A stretch of 64,000 nt of DNA from Opitutales bacterium (lineage in GTDB: Bacteria; Verrucomicrobiota; Verrucomicrobiia; Opitutales; JBHJGM01), in the NCBI GenBank assembly GCA_050331815.1, contig JBHJGM010000009.1, forward strand, positions 11,187 through 75,186, given 5' to 3'. Below are positions 1 to 9,205 of this stretch, piece by piece. A model generated the notes under the pieces. It had not been told where the DNA came from. It did no database searches and saw only the letters and a program-made list of their open reading frames with translations. The translations under genes and the position numbers were made by a program. Numbering within the stretch: the stretch's first letter is position 1; each line of letters opens with the position of its first letter.

Positions 1-835
1 GCTCGGTCTGGCGCGCGGCGGCCACTTCCAAAATGATGTCGTCCAGGCTGGAGGCATTGGAGAGAACCGCACCGGTGCAGGTGGCATCACCGATGGTGCG
101 GAACCGCACGGTTTTCATTTCCGGAGTTTCACCCTCGGCAACGGTGATGAAATTGGTGGTCGCCAGGTAAACGCCCCCGCGATTGATGACCTCACGCTCG
201 TGGGCGAAGTACAGCGAGGGCAGCGGAATTTCCTCGGCCTTGATGTACTGCCAGATGTCCATCTCGGTCCAGTTCGAGAGGGGAAAGACACGGAAGTGCT
301 CGCCGGGCAGCTTGCGTCCGTTGAAGATGTTCCAGAGCTCGGGCCGCTGGTTTTTCGGGTCCCACTGACCGAACTCGTCCCGGTGCGAGAAAAAGCGCTC
401 CTTGGCCCGCGCCTTTTCCTCGTCACGACGCCCACCCCCCAAGGCGGCGTCGAAGCCGTGTTCCTCCAGTGCGTCCAGCAGCGTGACTGTCTGCAGCCCG
501 TTGCGACTGGCGTTGGGACCCTTTTCCTCCACCACGCGGCCTTTGGCGATGGAGTCTTCCACTAGAGCGACTTCCAGCTTCAAGCCGTTCTCGGATACGA
601 ATTTATCGCGGTACTCGATCGTCTCCTGGAAGTTGTGGCCGGTGTCCACGTGCAGCAGCGGAAAGGGCGGACGTGCGGGCCAGAACGCCTTGCGCGCCAG
701 CCAGGCCATCACGATGGAGTCCTTGCCGCCGGAAAACAGCAGCGCGGGCTTTTCAAATTGGGAGGCGAACTCGCGCAGGACGTAAATCGATTCCGACTCG
801 AGTTGTTTCAGGTGGTTGACCTCGTAAGAAGGCAT
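1..835 (-). CDS. cysD: Sulfate adenylyltransferase subunit 2 (CysD); C-terminal end runs off the window
   Basis: Absent from the ORF track because it is open to the window edge. Hand translation of the reverse strand from ATG at 835 gives MPSYEVNHLKQLESESIYVLREF..ALLFSGGKDSIVM..LLHVDTGHNFQET..FRVFPLSNWTEMDIWQYI, the CysD/PAPS-reductase-fold signature. Lies directly downstream of cysC. Confidence 0.9.
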   Translation of the reverse strand, partial: MPSYEVNHLKQLESESIYVLREFASQFEKPALLFSGGKDSIVMAWLARKAFWPARPPFPLLHVDTGHNFQETIEYRDKFVSENGLKLEVALVEDSIAKGRVVEEKGPNASRNGLQTVTLLDALEEHGFDAALGGGRRDEEKARAKERFFSHRDEFGQWDPKNQRPELWNIFNGRKLPGEHFRVFPLSNWTEMDIWQYIKAEEIPLPSLYFAHEREVINRGGVYLATTNFITVAEGETPEMKTVRFRTIGDATCTGAVLSNASSLDDIILEVAAARQTE

Positions 836-872
836 AGTCAGGGAAATGAAATCGTAGCTTAGGTCGTGTCTT

Positions 873-1559
873 TTAGAGATCAATGCGCGGGCGCAGGGTT
901 GCATGGACCAAATTCAAGCTGGCGTCCAGGTCGAGCGCTTCGGTGTCGACGACGAGGGCTCCGTCGGCGTCCAGCGGCACTTCGAAGGCCGAATCCTTGC
1001 CGGTAAACTGCTGCACCTCGCCCGCCTTGGCCTTGGCGTACAGCCCTTTCACATCGCGCTGGGCGCAGGTCTCAAAAGAGGCTTTCACAAAGACTTCCAG
1101 AAAATCCTCCGCGCCGACCACCTCGCGGGCCAACGCGCGCAGTTCACGCTTGGGTGTGATGAAGGAAGTGAGCGTCACGATACCCGCCTGGCAGAACAGC
1201 TTGGCCACTTCGGCGATGCGGCGGATGTTTTCCAAGCGATCTTCGTCGGAAAAGCCCAGATCCCGGTTGAGCCCGGAACGGATGTTGTCGCCGTCGAGGA
1301 TTTGGGTGAAGCGGCCCTCGGCAAAAAGCTGACGCTCCAACGCGTTGGCCAGGGTACTTTTGCCGGAACCGGAAAGCCCATACATCCAGACCACCAGGCC
1401 CCGCTGCCGCAGGCGCTCCTGCTTGGGCGCGCGGCCCAGCATGCGGGCAAACTCCGGGTAAATATTCTGACTGGCCGGTGGTGTCATGAATGAAGGGCGG
1501 AGGTTGGAAATGGCGTCTGGGAAAGTCAATAACTTATGTACTCTGCCTAACGAACTCAT
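873..1559 (-). CDS. cysC: Adenylylsulfate (APS) kinase
   Basis: 228 aa ORF with P-loop VVWMYGLSGSGKSTLANALERQL and the ILDGDNIRSGLNRDLGFS motif. True start may be the internal Met at 1487. Confidence 0.9.
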   Translation of the reverse strand: MSSLGRVHKLLTFPDAISNLRPSFMTPPASQNIYPEFARMLGRAPKQERLRQRGLVVWMYGLSGSGKSTLANALERQLFAEGRFTQILDGDNIRSGLNRDLGFSDEDRLENIRRIAEVAKLFCQAGIVTLTSFITPKRELRALAREVVGAEDFLEVFVKASFETCAQRDVKGLYAKAKAGEVQQFTGKDSAFEVPLDADGALVVDTEALDLDASLNLVHATLRPRIDL

Positions 1560-1784
1560 CTAATACGTCTCCTTTGTCATTCTCAACAGGCGCTCAACCC
1601 GCCCACTTCGACCACCTGACTTTTCAGAATTCAGGGGCTGCCGGCATACGAGCGCAGCTTCGGGTGAGGGGTTGAGGTCGGCGAGTTTCTTCGCTGATAC
1701 ATTCGCAGCCCGACCACCCACCACCCTTAGGCTATTTCACGAAACGATCTGGCATTTTCTGTAGCATCGGACTGCAATCAATCC

Positions 1785-2900
1785 GTGAGCCACGCACAAT
1801 CAAAGCACCGGCCGGAGTGGGCACCGAAGGATGCGGGCGAGGCATTCGCGTCCGAGGTCAAGGCGGGCATCTCAAACCCCGGCAGTTTTAATCCGCAGGC
1901 ACGGCGAAGGCGGCGTGGTCTGGGCCTCGCTGACTACGTGGCCGGTATCGAAGCGGGCGATCGCGCCGTGTTGGCCCAGGCGATCACGCTGGTCGAGTCC
2001 AACGCGCCGGCGCACTTGGAGCAGGCTCAGGCGGTACTGCAAGCGCTGATGCCGCGCACGGGTCAATCGGTACGAGTTGGCATCACAGGCGTTCCCGGGG
2101 TGGGCAAAAGCACCTTTATCGAGGCGTTCGGGCGCCACCTGTGCGAGTCGGGGCACCAGGTGGCGGTGCTGGCGGTCGACCCCAGCAGCAGCGTCTCCGG
2201 GGGCAGCGTGCTCGGCGACAAAACGCGCATGGAACTACTCGCGCGCGAACCCAAAGCATTTATCCGGCCCTCGCCCTCGGGGGGTACGCTGGGGGGCGTC
2301 ACCCGCAAAAGCCGCGAGACGCTCCTGCTCTGCGAGGCCGCCGGTTACGACGTGATCCTCGTCGAAACGGTCGGAGTGGGCCAAAGCGAGGTGGCCGTGC
2401 GCTCAATGGTCGATTTTTTCCTGCTTTTGATGATCGCCGGGGCGGGCGACGAACTGCAGGGCCTGAAAAAAGGCATCATGGAGCTCGGTGACGCCCTCTT
2501 CGTCAACAAGTCCGACGGCGACAACCGGCAACGTGCCGAAAACACCCGCGGCGAACTCGCCCGTGTGCTCCATTACCTGACACCCTTTACACGCGGTTGG
2601 AAGCCCAAGGTGCTGAGCGGCTCGGCGCTCAACGGCGGCGGCATACCGGAGGTCTGGCAACTCATCGAAAAATTTGTCGCGGCCACCCAGGCCAGCGGAG
2701 TTTTCGCCGAACGCCGCCAGCGGCAATCCATTGACTGGCTGCACGCGCTGATCGAAGACTGGCTCAAAAGTCGGTTTTACAGCGAGGAGCGGGTCCGCAC
2801 CACTCTACCAGCTCTGGAGGCGCGCATCGCCGCTGGCGAACTCAACCCCACGGCGGCGTTGGGTGAACTCGTCCAGACCTTTGAAGCAGAGAATCGATAA
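1785..2900 (+). CDS. meaB: MeaB/ArgK-type G3E GTPase (methylmalonyl-CoA mutase accessory protein family)
   Basis: 371 aa with GITGVPGVGKSTFIEAFG P-loop, ILVETVGVGQSE and VNKSDGD motifs typical of MeaB/ArgK. GTG start. Confidence 0.85.
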   Translation: MSHAQSKHRPEWAPKDAGEAFASEVKAGISNPGSFNPQARRRRRGLGLADYVAGIEAGDRAVLAQAITLVESNAPAHLEQAQAVLQALMPRTGQSVRVGITGVPGVGKSTFIEAFGRHLCESGHQVAVLAVDPSSSVSGGSVLGDKTRMELLAREPKAFIRPSPSGGTLGGVTRKSRETLLLCEAAGYDVILVETVGVGQSEVAVRSMVDFFLLLMIAGAGDELQGLKKGIMELGDALFVNKSDGDNRQRAENTRGELARVLHYLTPFTRGWKPKVLSGSALNGGGIPEVWQLIEKFVAATQASGVFAERRQRQSIDWLHALIEDWLKSRFYSEERVRTTLPALEARIAAGELNPTAALGELVQTFEAENR

Positions 2901-2960
2901 GCACAAAGGCTCGGTAGATGCTCCGTGCCTCCGCAGTTGGCTTCCCAGCTGCCCTGGACA

Positions 2961-4472
2961 CTAAACCAGCTCCTCGACCTGCACCTCGTGGGGCTGGCCG
3001 TCGATGGTGAGGCGCAAGCTGGCGGCGCGGCCCTTGCCGCCCGACTTGGCTGCGGAAGGAGCGGGCGGTGCCTCCGCACCCTTGGGAGCGGGCGCCACGT
3101 CCGGATTGCTTTTCCCGTCGCCCTTGAGCTTGTAGTAAATCTCCAGCTGCTGCGGGAACATCGCATAGATGACGCAATGCTCCTCGTCGTCAGGCAGGCC
3201 CTTCGCCTTCAAATCCGAGCGCAGCTTGTCCATGCCAGGGCGCTGCAAATCGGCGGGTCGCTCGTTGATGGGCGCCTTGCCAGCCTGCTTGGCCGCGATG
3301 GCCTGCACCTCCGCGTCGACTTCCGCCGGTGTGCGCCCGTAGTAGCCCAGCGCGATGTCTGCCGCCTGCGGGGAAATCTGTTTCCAGCGCCCGAACTTCA
3401 CGTTGAGGAACGCCTGCATGCCCACGATTTGGGAGGTAGGCGTCACCAGCGGAATCCAGCCAAGGGCCTCGCGAACCACCGGAATCTCCGCAAAGACATC
3501 CTCGAAGCGATCCTCCATTTTCTGCTCCTTGAGTTGCGTACGGAAGTTCGAAAGCATGCCACCGGGCACTTGGTAAATAAGCGCGTCGGAGTCGACGATC
3601 TCGTTTTTGTGTCCGGTAAAGGCCGACATCTCGGCGTAGACCTTGGTGAAGTGCTCGCGCAGCTCGGCCAGTTTTACCTCGTCGTAATTGGGTTGGCGCG
3701 GATGGTCGCGCAGCAGCTTTTGCATGCGCACGGTGTCGGGCTGCGCGGTGCCGTTGGCAAAGGGCACGATGGAGGTGTCCACGGCGTCCACCCCGGCTTC
3801 GATCGCCGCATAATAGGTGGGCGCTCCCAGTCCGGCAGTCTCGTGGGTGTGCAGCCAAACCGGGATCGAGAGCGCCTGCTTCAGGCCCTTGACGATGCTG
3901 TAGGCCACGTACGGCGGGATGAGACCAGCCATGTCCTTGATTACGATGGCGTCCGCGCCCATCTCGGCCAGTTCCTTGCCCAGTTCGATGAACTTGTCGG
4001 TGTCGTGCACGGGGCTGGTGGTGTAGCAAAGGGTGCCATGGGCTTCCTTGCCGGCTGCCTTGGCCGCTTCGATCGCACAGCGCATGTTCCGCGTGTCGTT
4101 GAGCGCGTCAAAGATGCGGAAGATGTCCATACCGTGCGCGGCGGACTTCGCGATGAAGGCCTGGACGACGTCGTCGGGAAAATGCGCGTACTGCACGATG
4201 TTTTGCCCGCGCAGGAGCATCATGTGCTTGGTCTTCGGACAGGCCTTTTTGAGCGCATCGAGCCGGTCGAAGGGAAACTCGTACAAGAAGCGCAGCCCGG
4301 CGTCGATGGTGGCCCCGCCCCAGGTTTCCAGCGCGCCGAAGCCAAGGGAGTCCAGGGTCTCGCAGGCATCGAGCATCTGGGCGGTGGTCATACGCGTGGC
4401 GGCCAGGCTCTGGTGGCCGTCGCGCAAGACGGTATTGTTGAAAACGATGGGCGCGGTATTCGATGAACTCAT
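2961..4472 (-). CDS. Carboxyltransferase, pyruvate carboxylase subunit B / oxaloacetate decarboxylase alpha / transcarboxylase 5S family; no biotinyl AMKM motif seen
   Basis: 503 aa, N-terminal VLRDGHQSLAATRMTT and the HTHETAGLG metal-site motif of the HMGL-like carboxyltransferase domain. The C-terminus lacks a biotin attachment motif. Confidence 0.8.
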   Translation of the reverse strand: MSSSNTAPIVFNNTVLRDGHQSLAATRMTTAQMLDACETLDSLGFGALETWGGATIDAGLRFLYEFPFDRLDALKKACPKTKHMMLLRGQNIVQYAHFPDDVVQAFIAKSAAHGMDIFRIFDALNDTRNMRCAIEAAKAAGKEAHGTLCYTTSPVHDTDKFIELGKELAEMGADAIVIKDMAGLIPPYVAYSIVKGLKQALSIPVWLHTHETAGLGAPTYYAAIEAGVDAVDTSIVPFANGTAQPDTVRMQKLLRDHPRQPNYDEVKLAELREHFTKVYAEMSAFTGHKNEIVDSDALIYQVPGGMLSNFRTQLKEQKMEDRFEDVFAEIPVVREALGWIPLVTPTSQIVGMQAFLNVKFGRWKQISPQAADIALGYYGRTPAEVDAEVQAIAAKQAGKAPINERPADLQRPGMDKLRSDLKAKGLPDDEEHCVIYAMFPQQLEIYYKLKGDGKSNPDVAPAPKGAEAPPAPSAAKSGGKGRAASLRLTIDGQPHEVQVEELV

Positions 4473-4536
4473 GACGATTGCAATCCGTTAGGTACGAGCC
4501 CGAGTTTCAGCCTCCGGCGGCGGCAGTTCAAGCCTT

Positions 4537-4937
4537 TCAGCGCTCACCTATGACTGGCAGCCAGGCCAGCTGAGGAATCCAGCCAAAGTGCGCATCGCGG
4601 CTAAAGAGCGTGAAATTGTGCTGGATACACCGCGCGGCGAACCACAAATCGTTCGTCGGGATGAGGCGGCCTGCTTCGCGCAGCATCAGAAACCCCGCGC
4701 GCCTTCAACCGTGGTCGCTTCGTCCGCCGGCAAGGTTTGTACGCCCAGCTGCAGCAAGAAACGGTCAACAATCAGCTCATTTTTATACGGGTGCTTTCTA
4801 GCGGCAAAACCCGCGCGCAATTCTCCCAGCACGGGTACCGGTACAAAGATCGCGTCAGCCGATTCAAAGATTTGCCGGTGTTCGCGGCTGCCGCGTACAG
4901 GATTGGAGTAGGCGTTGGTGTCGATCGCGAGCCTCAC
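4537..4937 (-). pseudogene. vapC: PIN-domain toxin VapC, split by a 1-nt frameshift near 4686-4704
   Basis: N-terminal frame 4686..4937: (GTG)MRLAIDTNAY..VPVPVLGELRAGF..LPADEATT then stop. A second frame from 4704 down to the stop at 4537-4539 reads RRAGFLMLREAGRLIPTNDLWFAARCIQHNFTLFSRDAHFGWIPQLAWLPVIGER by my hand translation, which is the expected VapC C-terminal half. Confidence 0.7.
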
Positions 4938-5044
4938 CGCCAGGCCTCGCCTTCAACCTGCTCAAACGTGGCGACGGTTCGATCAATCTCTGGGTCTGCC
5001 TTCAACGTTGCGCCCGGTCACAGGCGCGTGCATCTGATACGTTT

Positions 5045-6019
5045 GTGGAAGTTCACTTTTACGAGGCCTTTGCCGAGGAAGCCGAACTGCTCCAGCGCTA
5101 CCTGCCCAAGGACTGGAAAGCGGTTTTCTATCGTGAAACGATTCAGGAGGCCGGACGCCGCCCCGCACCGGCCACAGTGATTTCTGTCCGCACGCAGTCA
5201 AAAATTCCGGCCGAATGGGCGGGCCAGCTCTCAGCGATCCTCACCCGCAGCACCGGCTACGATCAGGTGAAGGCGTTCCTGCAGGCAAACGCCGCCCGCC
5301 TCGGTGACGAAGTCCAGGCCGGCAGCCTGCCCTTGTATTGCAACCGCGCGGTGGCCGAGCACGCCATGCTGCTGTGGACCGCGCTGCTCAAAAAACTCAG
5401 CCGACAGATCAAGCAATTCCGCACCTTTGACCGCGATAACCTCACCGGTGCCGAACTCGAAAGCAAGGTGCTGGCCGTCTTTGGGGTGGGCAACATCGGA
5501 CACGAAATCACACGTATCGGCAAGGGGCTGGACATGCGGGTGCTCGGGGTGGACATCGAGCGCAAGCACGCCGACGTGGTCTACCGCTCCCCAGAGGAGG
5601 CCCTGGGCCAGGCCGATGTGGTCGTCTGCGCGATGGACCTGACCGCGGACAACCGCAACTACTTCACCGCCGCGCAGCTGAAACTGGCGCGCCCCGGGCT
5701 GATTTTCGTCAACATTTCACGCGGCGAACTCTCGCCCTGCACCACCCTGTTGCAGTTGCTCAACGAGAACCATCTGGGCGGCGTCGGCCTGGATGTCTTC
5801 GACGACGAGGCCAACCTCGCGCGTGGACTGCGCGGCGGTCCTTACGAAGAAACCGATGAGGTGAAAGCTGCCGCCATCCTGCGCCTGCGTGATAACGTCA
5901 TCTTCACCCCGCACAATGCGTTCAATACCGTGGAAGCCGTCGAACGCAAAGCCCGGCAGTCCATCGAGCAACTCGAGCACTACCGCATCAACGGGCGCTT
6001 CCTTTGGCCAGTGCTGTGA
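5045..6019 (+). CDS. D-isomer-specific 2-hydroxyacid dehydrogenase family, NAD-binding
   Basis: 324 aa with Rossmann motif VFGVGNIGHEITRIGKGLDMRVLGVD and a C-terminal NVIFTPHNAF catalytic-His region. GTG start. Confidence 0.85.
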   Translation: MEVHFYEAFAEEAELLQRYLPKDWKAVFYRETIQEAGRRPAPATVISVRTQSKIPAEWAGQLSAILTRSTGYDQVKAFLQANAARLGDEVQAGSLPLYCNRAVAEHAMLLWTALLKKLSRQIKQFRTFDRDNLTGAELESKVLAVFGVGNIGHEITRIGKGLDMRVLGVDIERKHADVVYRSPEEALGQADVVVCAMDLTADNRNYFTAAQLKLARPGLIFVNISRGELSPCTTLLQLLNENHLGGVGLDVFDDEANLARGLRGGPYEETDEVKAAAILRLRDNVIFTPHNAFNTVEAVERKARQSIEQLEHYRINGRFLWPVL

Positions 6020-6037
6020 AGTAGCAGCGTAGCGCCA

Positions 6038-7279
6038 TCATCCAAACACCTGCCGGAAGGCCGAATCGGTGCGTTGGAGCGCCTCGGTGATGTCGGCTTC
6101 AGTGTGGGCGGCGCAGAGGAAACCGTTGTGGTGCGGGTGCAGGAAAAGCCCATGCTCCATGCAGGCCGCGCAAAAGGTCTGCAAATCGCGGAAATCGTTT
6201 TCGTGGGCGAAACGCACGTAGGGCATGGCGGGCGGTCCGCTTAAAACAAAAGGCTTTTCATAGCGCTCGCCCAGCGCTCGCAAGCCGTCGAAAAGCTGCT
6301 TGCCGCGTTGGCGCATCGTCTCGATAGCCTGGGTGCCTTCGATGAGTTCCAGGGTCTTGAGGGCGGCGGCCATCGGCACGGCGTTGTTCCAGTAGCTGCC
6401 TGTTAAAAAGACGCGACTGGCGGCCACCCGTAAGGGGTGGGCACCCACCGCCGCGCTGATCGGGTAGCCGTTGGCGAGCGCCTTGCAGTAGCAGGCAATG
6501 TCCGGCGTGAAGCCGAAGGCACGGTGGCTCCCACTCAGGTGCAGACGAAACCCCGCGCGAATATCGTCCAAAATCAAGAGGCTGCCCTCGCGTCTGCAGG
6601 CCGCTTCAATACCCGGCAGAAAGCCATCGGCGGGTAGCACGCTGTCCCCAAACGCCGGATGGTGAAAGGGCGTGAGAATAACCGCCGCAACCTGCCCGGC
6701 GTGGGTGCGCATCAGCTCATTGAAGCTGTCGAGGTCGTTCCAGGCAAACTCGTGGATGTGCGCGCGGTCCTCCTCAATCAGGCCGCCGTGGCCGGGCGTG
6801 CACCAGGGGTCGACGCCGTGGTAGGCCCCCTTCACCTTGAGCACTTTCTTGCGTTGAGTCGCCTCGCGCGCCACCGAAAGCGCCCAGGTGGTCATGTCCG
6901 AGCCATTGCGGCCAAACACACCCCAGTCGGCGAAATCGATCAAGGCGCATAGGCGTTCGGCAAGTTCGACCATACGTTCAGTCGGGTGATTGAAGGCGTT
7001 GCCCGCGGCACGTTGTTGCGCGGCGGCTGACTCCACTTCCGGATGGTTGTAGCCGAGGACGTTTGGGCCGTACGCGCACATCAAATCAATGTACTCGCGG
7101 CCATCGACGTCCCAATAACGACAGCCCTCCGCCCGGGCGGCAAAATACGGGCTGCGCAACGGCAGGTTCACCGCCGGACTGGTGTGACCGTAAACACCTC
7201 CGGGAATGACCCGGGCGGCCCGCTCGAAGAGTTCCATCGAACGTGGAAACAACGTCGGCCTGTCCTCGACTTCACTCAT
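6038..7279 (-). CDS. Class III (GSA-aminomutase-like) PLP-dependent aminotransferase; not canonical HemL
   Basis: 413 aa with IPGGVYGH..YIDLMCAYGPNVLGYNHPEV and DDIRAGFR motifs of the class III fold. The HemL GGVNSPVRAF motif is absent. Confidence 0.85.
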   Translation of the reverse strand: MSEVEDRPTLFPRSMELFERAARVIPGGVYGHTSPAVNLPLRSPYFAARAEGCRYWDVDGREYIDLMCAYGPNVLGYNHPEVESAAAQQRAAGNAFNHPTERMVELAERLCALIDFADWGVFGRNGSDMTTWALSVAREATQRKKVLKVKGAYHGVDPWCTPGHGGLIEEDRAHIHEFAWNDLDSFNELMRTHAGQVAAVILTPFHHPAFGDSVLPADGFLPGIEAACRREGSLLILDDIRAGFRLHLSGSHRAFGFTPDIACYCKALANGYPISAAVGAHPLRVAASRVFLTGSYWNNAVPMAAALKTLELIEGTQAIETMRQRGKQLFDGLRALGERYEKPFVLSGPPAMPYVRFAHENDFRDLQTFCAACMEHGLFLHPHHNGFLCAAHTEADITEALQRTDSAFRQVFG

Positions 7280-8042
7280 AGCGTCCTTCCAAATAATAAT
7301 CCACGCGGCGCAGCAGGTACCCCAGGTGGTCCGCCAGGGCGGCGTTGCCTTCGATCACTATATCGCCCAGACCAACCGCTGCGACTTCGTCAAGCTGTCC
7401 GCGAAGGGCCGCGCTGGCAAGCGCGGGCGAGGCAAAGGTCACCGAGGCGTCGGCGCTGGGATGCGCGGGTTGCCCATCGACCTGAAGCGAGCCGACGCCC
7501 ATCGCAACGACCTGCGGACCGCCCATAACTGCGCCCTCTATGAAAAAGGAAACCCGCCCTTGCGGACCGTCACGCAGCCGTTCACGCAGCCAGGGCTCAC
7601 CTTTGCGGGCCAGCCAGGCCCCACCCTCAAGGGCAATTCGCAGCAGCAGCCGGGACTGCCGGGCCACGAGTTCGGTCGTTAGCGACGCCTGGTCCTCAGG
7701 ATGCAGGAGACCTTCGAGGCGGCCCGTGAGCTTTTGGATCTGTAGCAGCCCGACGATGTGCCAAAAACCGCGCGTGGGCAGCGGCACCACTTTTTCACCA
7801 CGCAGCGCCCGCGCCAGGCGCTGGAAACTCCCGAAGGAAAGGGCCAGCGAGGCCTGTTTATCCGGATTCGCGCCGACCATCAAGATACCTGCGGATCGCC
7901 CCTCCGCTCGAAAATCGATCGCCAACCTGTGCGTTCGAAAAAATCGGCCGGCGTTATCCAATTCATTGACGCGTGGTAGTACCACAGCCACCGCCAGACG
8001 CGCCGCCCACTCGTCGGGTGTCCAAGGTTTGGCGGCGGTCAT
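7272..8042 (-). CDS. Hypothetical protein with two SCP2 sterol/lipid-carrier-like halves
   Basis: 256 aa. C-terminal ..DASVTFASPALASAALRGQLDEVAAVGLGDIVIEGNAALADHLGYLL resembles the SCP2 consensus (G-x-l-d-p..A...G.i.i.Gd). Overlaps the upstream gene by 4 nt and the downstream gene by 8 nt. Confidence 0.5.
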   Translation of the reverse strand: MTAAKPWTPDEWAARLAVAVVLPRVNELDNAGRFFRTHRLAIDFRAEGRSAGILMVGANPDKQASLALSFGSFQRLARALRGEKVVPLPTRGFWHIVGLLQIQKLTGRLEGLLHPEDQASLTTELVARQSRLLLRIALEGGAWLARKGEPWLRERLRDGPQGRVSFFIEGAVMGGPQVVAMGVGSLQVDGQPAHPSADASVTFASPALASAALRGQLDEVAAVGLGDIVIEGNAALADHLGYLLRRVDYYLEGRYE

Positions 8043-9199
8043 TGTTTTGTGGATACAGACTGTCCGAGTTCGTGCACCATCCGCAGAAAATCCAGCGGGT
8101 GCTCGGCCGACCGCGCCGCCTGCAGCGCCACGCGCTCGGACCGCAGTCGTGCATCGCCTTGCATGAGCGGACGAAGCAAGCCCGGCAATTGTGAAGGCCG
8201 CTTGAGCCGCCGTCCAAAACCACGTGCCCGAGCAAACTCCAGCGTGATGCGCTCCTGCGGCATCACCCCGCCGATGCCGTTAAAAATCAGCGGGCAGCCG
8301 CAGAGGATGGCCTCGCTGGTGGTGCCCGTACCCGGACGCGCAATCAACGCCGAAGCCGCCCGCAGCAACTCGGGCATTCGGTCACAATACGGCAGCGCCC
8401 GCACAGCAAACGCATCCTGTGCACGCGCCCAGGACCGCACGGCGTTGAAAGCTGCTTCACTGCGTCCACACAGGGCAACGATCTGGGGTCGCAGTTCGGA
8501 ATGCTTCAGCGCATCGAGCAGCTTCAGGTGATTATTCGCGCTGTTGGCCCCGGTGCCCAGAACCAGAATGAACTGCTCTGGGTCGAGCTTGAGTTCCTCA
8601 CGAACGAAGGTATTCCGCTCCAGATCTGTTTCCGGGGCTTCCCAGAATTTCGGATTGAGCAAAAAACCCGCGCGCATCGTTTTTTCCGGCGGCATGTTCA
8701 ACCGGGCGGCTTCGTCGCAGGTTTCTGAAACCGCCCCGGCAAAATAATCAGCTGCTGGATTCACCCAAAAGCGGCTGAAGCCGTAGCCGCCATGCAGTTC
8801 ACCGCAGTAGGTCGTGCAGCGAACCTGGCCGTGTAGAATCCGCCGGGCTTTGGCAAAGTAGCCGTGATTGAGGTGTGCGTGGGTGCTTACAATCACCTGC
8901 GGCCTGAACTCGCGCAGTTTGGCCTCAAAAGGTGCGGTGCCCTCCAAACCGCTGGCGTGCTCGTGCAGGCCAAGCACCTCCAGCGCATTGAAGTAGACAT
9001 GGTGCAACGCCGGACAGTGGCGTTGAATCCAGTTGTACAGATGAACCCCAAAACGGTACAGGGTCGGCCCGCTTTCGAGCGTCTGAAAGACTTCCGCCTC
9101 AATGGGCGGAGCTCCCTGCATATGAGTCCAGCGTACGAATGAGCGCGCGCGCATGTCATGGCCGCCGCCCGTGCTCGAAGTCAGCAGCAGGACCCGCAC
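8039..9199 (-). CDS. Glycosyltransferase, MGDG-synthase / GT28-like (diacylglycerol glycosyltransferase family)
   Basis: 386 aa. N-terminus MRVLLLTSSTGGGHDMRARSF matches the MGDG-synthase-type GGGH motif. The C-terminal half has a GT-B nucleotide-sugar binding pattern (ARPGTGTTSEAILCGCPLI). Confidence 0.75.
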   Translation of the reverse strand: MRVLLLTSSTGGGHDMRARSFVRWTHMQGAPPIEAEVFQTLESGPTLYRFGVHLYNWIQRHCPALHHVYFNALEVLGLHEHASGLEGTAPFEAKLREFRPQVIVSTHAHLNHGYFAKARRILHGQVRCTTYCGELHGGYGFSRFWVNPAADYFAGAVSETCDEAARLNMPPEKTMRAGFLLNPKFWEAPETDLERNTFVREELKLDPEQFILVLGTGANSANNHLKLLDALKHSELRPQIVALCGRSEAAFNAVRSWARAQDAFAVRALPYCDRMPELLRAASALIARPGTGTTSEAILCGCPLIFNGIGGVMPQERITLEFARARGFGRRLKRPSQLPGLLRPLMQGDARLRSERVALQAARSAEHPLDFLRMVHELGQSVSTKQ

Positions 9200-9205
9200 G
9201 GCCGA

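Noticed and set aside
2925-4466. 513 aa plus-strand ORF
   Set aside because: It lies exactly antisense to the well-supported carboxyltransferase gene (2961..4472). It has an Arg/Gly/Leu/His-rich shadow composition and no motifs, which is the typical high-GC antisense artefact.
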